DNA of 64,000 bases, taken from positions 3,410,001 through 3,474,000 of the forward strand of contig NC_073414.1 of the NCBI RefSeq assembly GCF_028641065.1, in the 5' to 3' direction. Shown piece by piece: positions 38,001 through 50,000 of the stretch. The notes under the pieces are model-generated. The model did not search any database and was not told where the DNA came from. It was given only the letters and a program-made list of their open reading frames with translations. The DNA comes from Leucoraja erinacea (Eukaryota). How positions within the stretch are numbered: position 1 is the first letter of the stretch; the number at the start of each line of letters is the position of its first letter. A program made the translations under genes and the position numbers.

Positions 38001-41000
38001 GACTAGTGTAGATGGGACATGTTGGTCGGTATGGGCAAGTTGGGCCGAAGGGCCTGTTTCCACACACGTGCCTCTTTCGAGGTGTACAAGGTCGTGAGGG
38101 GCATAGATAAAGTGAACGCTCACAGTCTTTTCCCCAGGGTAGCGCATTCTAAAACTAGAGGGCGTAGACTTATGGTGAAGAGAGATTTAAGAGAGACCTC
38201 AGGAGGGCAGGCCGTATTTGGATTGAGCTGCCAGAGCAAGCTGTGGAAGCAGTTTTATAAGACATTTGGACAGATATACGGATAAGAAGGGTTTGGGGAG
38301 CTGTGGGTCAATGATTTAAAGGGGCAAATTCAAGCAAATGGGGAGAGTCTACTAAGCCAGCTTGGTGGGTATGCTGGAGAAACTCAGCACACGCGCACAC
38401 ACAGCAGTGACTTTAATTCTGACCCATCAGTCAACAAAACATGCACTGGCCTTTCACAAATCAGTATGGAGGTATTAACTTGATCCTTCTGTCTTCTAGA
38501 CCGGTGGAGAGGAATATGCTGGCAACCGACAGCCCACAGGCAAGTGGGGAGATGGATGTTTGTTTATTTGTGTGTGTGTGAATGTGTACCGAGATACAGT
38601 GAAAAACATTTGTTTGCTTCTCTCCAGTCAAATCACATAATACACGAGTACAATCAGGTCGTACACAAGTACAGCAGGGAGCGTAAAGAGATTATACAAA
38701 GAGTCGAGAGTGTTTTATTGTCTCATGTCCCAGATTGAACAATGAAATACTTACCTGCAGAATGCCAGTGTGCAAAGTGTAGTTTTATGGCATTAACAGT
38801 TACAGAGGAAAAGCGCAAGGTCTGATAATGAGGTAGGTTGGAAGATCGGGACGACACCCTAGCTTATGGAAGGACTGTTCAGTAGTCTGATAGTTCAGTA
38901 GTGGGGCAGAAGCTGTTCATGAATCTGGTGGTGTGTGCTTTCAGGTTTGTGTATCTTCTGTCCGATGGGAGTGTGGAGAAGGGGGAATGACCAATGTGAA
39001 AACGTTGATCATCTTTAATCCTCTATCTCCAGGTTGTGCCTGACCTTGCCTACTGTCCACTCCCCTCTGCTGAAGATTCCAGGGACCTGTTTGACAAGTA
39101 TTGTGGGCCGGTGAGTTTGCGTTCATTTGATCCTGTCATTCCCTCTTGCTCTCTTGCGGACTTGCTGCCTTCTACTTCTGCGGACTTGTGATGAAGCCTT
39201 GCTCCTAATCCAAGGTAACAACCAAGGTGGCTGCCCGGCCGGGTGGGGTGGTAGATATCATGTATCAAGGCCTCTGGTAGTCTGTTCATCCAGGGCTGGC
39301 AACCTTTGGAATGGAGGAAAAAATCAAACGATCCAACCGTTTCTGAAATTTATTGCTGCTGGACAGGCCAATCTTCAACATTTAATATTCCAGCATCCGT
39401 TTAATGCAGCTTTCTTCAAGGTGTTACATAGTAGAAAGTTTATACAAGATCATGAAGGGTATAAGTGAAGTGAACACTCACTGTTTTTTGCCCAAGGTAG
39501 ACTATTCTAAAATCAAGAGTGCATCGGCTAAGTGTGAAGGGGGGAGAGATTTTGGAAATGTCACCTATTTTTCTCCAGAGATGCTGCCTGACCTGCTGTT
39601 ACTGCAGCATTTTGTGTCCTCTGTTGGGCCATTTGCATGCCTGATAATTAGTTTCAGTGGGTAGAGATATGTGGATTAATTCTGTGTAAGAAAGAACTGC
39701 AGATGCTGGTGTAAATCGAAGGTAGACACAAAATGCTGGAGTAACTCAGCGGATCAGGCAGCATCTCCGGAGAGAACGAATGGGCGCCGTTTCGTAGTGG
39801 AGTGGACAAAATGTGTAAGAAAGAACTGCAGATGCTGGTTTAAATCGGAGGTATGGAGTGGAGTCGCCCATTCCTTCTCTCCAGATATGCTGCCTCACCC
39901 GCTGAGTTACTCCAGCATTTTGTGTCTACCTGTGTATCAATTGGATGGAGGTCAATCTCATGCATGTCAGAGCTGCATTTTATCATTTCCTGAAGTTCCC
40001 TTGCTGTTCTTGCAGGACGAGGCCATATCAGCGTTGGAGCTGCAGAAACTCCTGCGGGAGATATTGCAGAAAACCGGTAAGCATGCCAGGGGAAACCAAG
40101 CTTACAAGAACACAAGTCTTTCATTTCAGTGAAGTGTTGCAGTCAACTCTTGTCTCCTTTTCTCTCCAGCTCTCAGTGAGAAGTGGGATCACTTTGGCCT
40201 GGATGCCTGCAAGAGCCTCATTACCCTGACAGATGTATCCTTCTGCGGAGTTGGAAGCCCCTGTGTGGTCAGGGCAGGGTGGGATGTTTGGTTTAGTTTA
40301 GAGAGATTTTGTTTAGAGAAACAGGCCCTTTCGGCCCACCGGGTCCGCGCCGACCAGCGATCCCCGCACATTAACACTATCCCATACCCACTAGGGACAA
40401 GTTTTACATTTACCAAGCCAATTAACCTACAAACCTGTGCGTCTTTGGAGTGTGGGAGGAAACCGAAGATTTCAGAGAAAACCCACGCAGGTCACGGGGA
40501 GAACGTACAAACTCCATACAGACAGCACCCGGAGTCAGGATGGAACCCGGGTCTCCGGCGCTGTGAGGCAGCAACTCTACCGCTGCGCCACCGTGCTGCG
40601 GAGACACTGCTGGTGGTAGTGTCCTGTCCTTCCCCCTTTCACCCCCTCTTAGACTGGACCAAGCTTCCTCGAAGATCGCCTGTTGCTTGTGAGCCTGGAT
40701 TTTACAACCGGCCGATCATTTATTCTCAGTTAGAAACAAGGAACCGCAGGCGCTGGTTTGCATGGAAAAAAAGACACCGAGTGCTGGAGTAACTCAGCGG
40801 GTCAGGAAGCATCTCAGGAGAACATGGATAGATGACGTTTCGCGTCAGGTCTGAAGAAGGGTCCCAACCCAAAACGTCACCTATCCATGTTCTCCACAGA
40901 TGCTGCCTGACCTGCTAAATTACTCCAGCACTCTGTGAAATGTCACCTATCCATGTTCCCCACAGATGCTGCCTGACCCGCTGAGTTACTCCAGCACTCT

Positions 41001-44000
41001 GTGAAATGTCACCTATCCATGTTCTCCACAGATGCTGCCTGACCCGCTGAGTTACTCCAGCACTCTGTGAAACGTCACCTATCCATGTTCTCCACAGATG
41101 CTGCCTGACCCGCTGAGTTACTCCAGCACTCTGTGAAACATCACCTATCCATATTCCCCACAGATGCTGCCTGACCCGCTGAGTTATTCCAGCACTCTGT
41201 GAAACGTCACCTATCCATGTTCTCCTAAGATGCTGCCTGACCCGCTGAGTTACTCTAGCACTCTGTGAAACGTCACCTATCCATGTTCTCCACAGATGCT
41301 GCCTGACCCGCTGAGCTACTCCAGCACTCTGTGAAACGTCACCTATCCATGTTCCCCACAGATGCTGCCTGACCCGCTGAGTTACTCCAGCACTCTGTGA
41401 AACATCACCTATCCATGTTCCCCACAGATGCTGCCTGACCCGCTGAGTTACTCCAGCACTCTGTGAAACGTCACCTATCCATGTTCTCCACAGATGCTGC
41501 CTGACCCGCTGAGCTACTCCAGCACTCTGTGAAACGTCACCTATCCATGTTCCCCACAGATGCTGCCTGACCCGCTGAGTTACTCCAGCACTCTGTGAAA
41601 CATCACCTATCCATGTTCCCCACAGATGCTGCCTGACCCGCTGAGTTACTCCAGCACTCTGTGAAACGTCACCTATCCATGTTCTCCTAAGATGCTGCCT
41701 GACCCGCTGAGTTACTCCAGCACTCTGTGAAACGTCACCTATCCATGTTCCCCACAGATGCTGCCTGACCCGCTGACCCGCTGAGTTACTTCAGCACGCT
41801 GTGTCTTTGTTCATTTGCAGGTTTCTACCTTCTAAAAATGCTGGAAGTTAATTGCACAGGAAGACTTCTCCACTGACACTGTCCTTTTAACTGATGAACT
41901 TTTGCTTGCTCTCCAGTCTAGGAATGAAATGCTCTCTCCCTCCCCTTAATGCAAGGTCATCTGCATTAATTAATGCAAATATATGCGACTACATCAAACA
42001 CGGTTGCCTTGCCCACAACAAACATGGCCGACAAGATACTCTAACTGTTCACCACAGAATCCCATTGTATTTAGCTGGTAATCAAACAATTCCTTAACCA
42101 GTATAAACAGATCAATGGGTTTGGAAAAATGAGATTTGAGGGATTCAGTAACCTCTGGAGCAAAATCTGCCATTGGACAGTGAGTATTGGTGAATGATCG
42201 TTACCCTGTTTAATTTCTACTTTTTTCCGAGGTTCTTATCACAGGTCATCAAATGTTAACTGTCTTTCCCTGCGAACAGGCGCTGAATGTTCTGTGTATT
42301 TGCAGCATTTTCTAATGTTTTTTTAATATCAGTCAGAAGGTTCTGTTTTAAGAAGTTGTATTTTGTCTGATATTGAATTATTTTTTCTGATGATGGGCAT
42401 ACAAGAGGGTTTACTTTAGTTTAGTATAGAGATACAGCGCGGAAACAGGCCCTTTTGCCCACCGGGTCTGTGCCGACCAGCGATCCCTATCTAACACTAA
42501 CACTATCCTACAACACAAATTTTACATTTACCAAGTCAGTTAACCTACAAACCTGTATGTCTTTGGAGTGTGGGAGGAAACCGAAGATCTCGGAGAAAAC
42601 CTACGCAGATCATGGGGAGAACGTACAAACTCCATACAGCCAGCACCCGTAGTCGGGATCAAACCCGGGTCTCCGGCGTTGCATTCGCTGTCAGGCAGCA
42701 ACTCTACCGCTGCGCCACCGTGACCGGCCTTAGATTGATTTACAATGATATGGAATACAAACCTATGATCTGCAGCTCATCCCTTAATTTGGGAAATGCT
42801 GGCGGATGATGTAAATTGAGCACTTACCTCTGCAAATTCTGCACGGGTTTATTTATTTGCATTCCTCAAGATGTCACGACATGTCCCAGCCTATTTGTGT
42901 TTATGCTGTTTTCTCCAGCAAGTCTTCAGTCGGTTCGATAAGAATGGATCAGGGACCATGGACAGTCAAGAGATGTTCACAGCCATCCAGGCAGCAGGTG
43001 AGGTGGGAGAGACATCTGTGGTCCTGCTTCATCCCTGCCACCAGATAGAATAGAATAGTTTCTTTATTGTCATTGTAACATGGGCCATGTACAACGAAAT
43101 TTAAAATGTCAGCCAGTCAGTGCAGCATTCAAACATTTCTAAAGCTAACGAAACATCCACGGTAAAATATTAAAGATAAACAACTAAAATAAATATCACG
43201 GACAAAGCAGATACACCATGTTTAGTTTGGTTGCAAGATACAGCATGGAAATAGGCACTTCGGCCCACCGTGTCCACTCTGAATGAATGAATTAATGAAT
43301 GAAAACTTTGTCATTCAGATATACACCTAGACACAGTGCACCTTGAACGAAATTTCGTTGCATCTGACCACAATCACGCAGTTTCGTCCCGAAACGTTGC
43401 CTATTTCCTTCGTCCCATAGATGCTGCTGCACCCGCTGAGTTTCTCCAGCACTTTTGTCTACCTTCGATTTTCCAGCATCTGCAGTTCCTTCTTAAACAC
43501 ATAGATCTCTGGCACGTTGAGGCAGCAGCTTCCCCTTCTGCACCACCAGGAGCTTATACCTAAATTAACAGAACCCCGGCAGTCTTTGTCGGGTGGACGA
43601 GGGGGTGGGGCAAATCCAGAGAGTGTGGGGCACGTCACACTAACGAGCATACACACTGCCAATATTCTAGCCACGCTTTGTCTTCATGTTTGACTATGTT
43701 CCCTAGGATTCCAGGTGGATGAGTTCTTGATGCAGCTTGTTGGCTTGAGGTACGCGGACCCTGATCTCACCCTCAGTTACGTGAACTTTATTTGCTGCCT
43801 GACCAAGCTCGACACCATGATCCGTGAGTAATTTGTACTTTCCCTTCTTATCCAACATAGACTGGGAGCCTCCAAGACCCTAACATGGACTGGTGGCAAC
43901 AATCCAAAGTCACCTGAGCCGCTGTTATATTGTCTTGTGTATCAGTTTAAAGAAGAATGGTGAATTACTTCTTAAAAATACCAATAATACCTGGGTTAGA

Positions 44001-47000
44001 CACTTTGTATCAAAGATCCTACAGCGAGCAAGATCGTCCACTCGACGAAAAAGACGTGGTACGGTCATGGGCAGATTCGCGGGTAATTTTCGGGCCCCAT
44101 TTCCGTAACCGACTTCCGTCTCCGCACCAAAGATCCCGTAGCGGAGCAAAGATACTAGTGCGGAGACGGAAGCCGGTTACGGAAACATCCTCGTAAAAAT
44201 CAAAGTTCTTTGGTAAAAATCTTCCCCTCATTTTCAGAATTATAATTTATTAACACAAACTGTTCCCCCGCAACGTTGATTACACTGCGGGTCGGGTCGG
44301 GTTACTGAAATGGATGAAAAAAAGGCCCGTTGCGTACTACACGTCAGCATATTTAGCAGGAGTGGTCTATCTTGCTCCGCTAAAAGATCTTTGCTTTGTA
44401 TAATGCCTACTATTGTTATGCATACATTGTTTATCAACCACTCATCTCGGCTCCTATGCAGTGCTGTGAGACTGCAGTATTGTAAAAGGTGCTGACTTTT
44501 AGAGGTGTTCAAGAGGGAGCAGACTCTTCAGCCCACTGAATCTGCACGCAAATATCAAAATCAAAGCAGGCAATGCTGAATGGAATGATCAAATCCACCA
44601 TCCTGAGAGAGATCCTTTCATCTACTTACTGACATCGTATGATGCAGGAGGCCATTCAGCCCATCATGTTCACACTGGCCCCAAAAGGACCAATCCTATC
44701 TGTCTAAATCCCATTCCTTGTTTTCCGGTACCATTGCAACTTCTCTTCACCAATATATGTCAAATCCCCTTTGGTTTTCTTGCTGCCCACCACATACCAA
44801 GGGCAATTTACAGAGGGCCAATTAACCTACAAAACCTGCACATCTTTGGGATGTGGTGGGAAACCGGAGCACCCGGAGCAAACGTTTGTGTTTATGCTGT
44901 TTTCTCCAGCAAGTCTTCAGTCGGTTCGATAAGAATGGATCAGGGACCATGGACAGTCAAGAGATGTTCACAGCCATCCAGGCAGCAGGTGAGGTGGGAG
45001 AGACATCTGTGGTCCTGCTTCATCCCTGCCACCAGATACACCATGTTTAGTTTGGTTGCAAGATACAGCATGGAAATAGGCCCTTCGGCCCACCGTGTGC
45101 ACTCTGAACGAATGAATGAATGAATGAAAACTTTGTCATTCAGATATACACCTAGACACAGTGTACCTTGAACAAAATTTCGTTGCATCTGACCACAATC
45201 ACGCAGTTTCGTCCCGAAACGTTGCCTATTTCCTTCGCTCCATAGATGCTGCCTCACCCGCTGAGTTTCTCCAGCATTTTTGTCTACCTTCGATTTTCCA
45301 GCATCTGCAGTTCCTTCTTAAACACATAGATCTCTGGCACGTTGAGGCAGCAGCTTCCCCTTCTGCACCACCAGGAGCTTATACGTAAATTAACAGAACC
45401 CCGGCAGTCTTTGTCGGGTGGACGAGGGGGTGGGGCAAATCCAGAGAGTGTGGGGCACGTCACACTAACGAGCATACACACTGCCAATATTCTAGCCACG
45501 CTTTGTCTTCATGTTTGACTATGTTCCCTAGGATTCCAGGTGGATGAGTTCTTGATGCAGCTTGTTGGCTTGAGGTACGCGGACCCTGATCTCACCCTCA
45601 GTTACGTGAACTTTATTTGCTGCCTGACCAAGCTCGACACCATGATCCGTGAGTAATTTGTACTTTCCCTTCTCATCCAACATAGACTGGGAGCCTCCTA
45701 GACCCTAACATGGACTGGTGGCAACAACCCAAAGTCACCTGAGCCACTGTTATATTGTCTTGTGTATCAGTTTAAAGAAGAATGGTGAATTACTTCTTAA
45801 AAATACCAATAATACCTGGGTTAGACACTTTGTATCAAAGACCCTACAGCGAGCAAGATCGTCCACTCGACGAAAAAGACGTAGTACGGTCATGGGCAGA
45901 TTCGTGGGTCATTTTCGGCCCCATTTCCGTAACCGGCTTCCGTCTCCGCACCAAAGATCCCGTAGCGGAGCAAAGATACTAGTGCGGAGACGGAAGCCGG
46001 TTACGGAAACATCCTCGTAAAAATCAAAGTTCTTTGGTAAAAATCTTCTCCTCATTTTCAGAATTATAATTTATTAACACAAACTGTTCCCCCGCAACGT
46101 TGATTACACTGCGGGTCGGGTCGGGTTACTGAAATGGATGAAAAAAAGGCCCGTTGCGTACTACACGTCAGCCCATTGCAGGAGTGGTCTATCTTGCTCC
46201 GCTAAAAGATCTTTGCTTTGTATAATGCCTACTATTGTTATGCATACATTGTTTATCAACCACTCATCTCGGCTCCTATGCAGTGCTGTGGGACTGCAGT
46301 ATTGTAAAAGGTGCTGACTTTTAGAGGTGTTCAAGAGGGAGCAGACTCTTCAGCCCACTGAATCTGCACGCAAATATCAAAATCAAAGCAGGCAATGCTG
46401 AATGGAATGATCAAATCCACCATCCTGAGAGAGATCCTTTCATCTACTTACTGACATGGTATGATGCAGGAGGCCATTCAGCCCATCATGTTCACACTGG
46501 CCCCAAAAGGACCAATCCTATGTGTCTAAATCCCATTCCTTGTTTTCCTGTACCATTGCAACTTCTCTTCACCAATATCTGTCAAATCCCCTTTGGTTTT
46601 CTTGCTGCCCACCACATACCAAGGGCAATTTACAGAGGGCCAATTAACCTACTAAACCTGCACATCTTTGGGATGTTTGGGAAACCGGAGCACCCGGGGG
46701 TGGTCGCAGGGAGAACGGGGGCGAATTTCACATGGAAAACCGGATCAGGAGCACCCAGGACCCTGGAGACACAAAAAGCAAACGCACTGGAGCATTGTCG
46801 CAGGGAGATCTTGCCAAAATCCGTGGCGAATTTCAAAAAACGGACGGACCATGATTGATCAGGATCAGGAAACCCAGGACATGGGGACAGACACAAAATG
46901 CTGTGATTTTTGGACGCACTTTGTGTGTGGGTCAGGCACAGAATCCTCTGAGCCTCAGGGGAGGAGAACATTGCCATGCCCCTTTCCTGGGTCCCAGCAT

Positions 47001-50000
47001 GGTATCTTGCCAAAATCCGTGTCTGGTTTTCCAGTGTGATTTTTCCAAAAAACCAAAGGGGATTTGACATATATTGGTGAAGAGAAGTTGCAATGGTACA
47101 GGAAAACAAGGAATGGGATTTAGACAGATTTGTGAAAAATCCGCTGTGATTTTTGGACGCATTTGTGTGTGCTTCCTGGACAGACAGAGGCCTCCGTGTG
47201 AGCCTCAGGGGAGTTCACTGAATGAAACTGGCTCCAGTCTTCAGCCTGTGCCCAACTCTGGTCCTGGATCAAAGCATGGACAGTGGCGTGGCTAACAGCA
47301 ACCAGCAGAAGGCAAATGTCTGGCCTAATCGCTGTTTACAATTATAAATGTAATGTGGAACGGAATTTAAGAAGCAGCAAAAGGAGAAATGTGGTTGTGT
47401 TGTAGTATACTCTGTGCCCTGCAGGGGTCAGCAGTGGGTCAGTTTTCAAACATGCCTTGTGTACATGGTGGGAGATTACAGTAACAGTGGCTTCAGTCAA
47501 CCCTCCAGTTCTGAAAGCTCAATATGTATGGGTTGGGCACCAGCATTACTGCAGCTCTATTAGGAACAGATTGTTTAGGGTGATCCCAGTTTGTTCCTTT
47601 TTCAACTCAATTGTCTTTGCTAAAAATAATTTGCAACATGTTTATGGCGTACATGTTGGTTGTTTTTTCTTAAAGCACTAACCACACAATATAGAAAAAT
47701 ACAGCACAGGAACAGGCCCTCCATGGGGCCATAATGATGCCAAGGGCCTGAATCTAATCTCAAAAAAGGAAGACGCAGTGACGTGCTTTTTTCAAGGGTA
47801 ACCTAGTGGGCCCAAGTTCAAGTGAGTTATTGTCAGCAGGACAATTACATCTCTGGCACAACAGAACACGGATAGAGCTGTGAAGCTTTTCGGGTCGAGC
47901 ATCTGCCCTTCTAATCAGACTGATCAGTGTGGAGAGAAGGAGAGCGAGTCAATTTCCTCCTTCAAAGTAATCTTCTCCTGTTCTGAGAGACCACACAAAA
48001 GCCGGAGTCAACTCAGCGGGACACGCTCCAGGCATTCACCCAGGGAATTGAGGCAGCATCTCTGGAGAGAAGGATTTGGGTGACGTTTCATAGAAACATA
48101 GAAAATAGGTGCAGGAGTAGGCCATTTGGCCCTTCGAGCCTGCACCGCCATTCAATATGATCATGGCTGATCATCCAACTCAGTATCCCGTACCTGCCTT
48201 CTCTCCATACCCCGTGATCCCTTTAGCCACAAGGGCCACATCTAACTCCCTCTTAAATATAGCCAATGAACTGTGGCCTCAACTACCTTCTGTGGCAGAG
48301 GATTCCAGAGAACTCTCTGTGTGAAAAATGTTTTTTTCATCTCGGTCCTAAAAGATTTCCCCCTTATCCTTAAACTGTGACCCCTTCAGGTCAAGACCCT
48401 TCTTCAGACTAGTTAGGGATAAGGGAAATGAGGTTAGAGGTTATGTCTGACCTGCTGAGATACTTCAGCTTTTTGTGTCTATCTTTGAAAATATAAAGTT
48501 TGCTCGAGATTTGAGTGGCAATGCTATGTATTGTGCATTGGGAGTTATGCTGATCCAAAAGCCAGCCACACACTGTAGGGCAGGATTCAATTAAGTGCCA
48601 GGAATTTTCCTATTGGGCGGGGTGGGTACAATAGTTTGACATTTCTTCAGTCATTTCTGCCATATATCACAAGGTTTAGAACATAGAACACGTCAGCACA
48701 GGAACAGGCTCTTCGGCCCATCATGTAGTGAACAGGGTACACATGACATTAATAAACTCGGAGCAAACTCAGACTAGATGAAATCCAGAGGATGACAATT
48801 GTTCATCCACACCCAGTGAAGGTGTTCGTCTCCTCCCCTGCATTTTTCACATAGGTATGTAATCTTATCCTGGCAATGAAATCTCCAGTGGTGGTGTTGG
48901 AACTTGTTCCTAACAGGCAGTTCCCACAAGGCGTGTTCACTGTCGATGGAAGAGTTAAGCAGCTAAATCGCCAACTGAAATCTGAGTCGTTCAGAAGTTG
49001 CTTTTAACTTGTTCACCATTAACTATCCCTTGAGAATTTTATTATACGTAAAGTACATGTGCCTAGACTGTCTGAAAAAGGGTCTCGACCCCGAAACGTC
49101 ACCTATTCCATTTCTACAGAGATGTTGTCAGTTTCTCCAGCTTTTTGTGTCTCTCTTAATTATCTTCATTGCTACCCCATTACCACAATGCTGCCTGGAA
49201 TATAGTCTATTAGCTATAAGGAGAGGCTGGACAAACTTGGACTGTTTTCTCTGGAGGGTGCGGGGACTCGTGATATTGGGTTTATAAAGTTGTGAGAGGC
49301 ATAGATTGGGTAAACAACCAGACACCCTGGGAAAGTCTAGGATGAGAGTGTATAGCTTGAGGAACAGCACCTCATAGTTCACTTAGGTAGTTTACACCCC
49401 AGTGGTATGAACATTGACTTCTCTAACTTCAGGTAGCCCTTGCTCTCTCTCTCTTCATCCCCCCCCCCCCCCCCCCCCCCCACCCTTCCCAGTTCTCCCA
49501 CTAGTCCCACTCTCTCCGCCGACATTAGTTCTTTGCCCGACCCCTCCCCCTGACATCAGTCTGAAGAAGGGTCTCGACCCGAAACGTCGCCTTTTCCTTC
49601 TCTCCCGAGATGCTGCCTCACCCACAGAGTTTCTCCAGCATTTTGTGTCTACCTTCGATTTGACCAGCATCTGCAGTTCTTTCTTAAACAAAGCTTAAAG
49701 GAAATGCGTGGTGGAAGATTCTTTACACAGAGGGTGGGGGGTGCTTGAAATGTGCTGTCGGAGGTGGTGGTGGAGGCAGATAAGATAGTGGCATTTAAGC
49801 AGCTTTAAGGTAGACACATGGAGATGGCAGGGGATGGAGGGATATAGATCGCGTGTAGGCAGAGGAGATCAGTATAACTTGGCATCATGTTCAGCACGGA
49901 TATTGTGGGCTGAAGGGTCAGTTCCTGAGCTGTTCCGTGTTTTGTAGAACGAATGAAGTGTGGTCACTCCTGTAATGTAGGAAGCAGTTGGGCACAGATG

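Larger units (their letters stand above)
40235..42110 (+). other. U12-type GT-AG intron in the calpain gene
   Basis: 5' site GTATCCTTC; branch point TTCCTTAAC at 42090-42098, 12 nt before the end of the intron. Confidence 0.9.
42894..46697 (+). repeat. Tandem duplication (42894-44876 and 44885-46697) containing two calpain exons
   Basis: Near-identical copies; offset 1991 nt before and 1825 nt after a 166 nt indel. Confidence 0.92.

Noticed and set aside
40872-41805. CRISPR-like regular array
   Set aside because: Units are contiguous with no unique spacers, derive from a retroelement, and the context is a vertebrate intron with no cas genes
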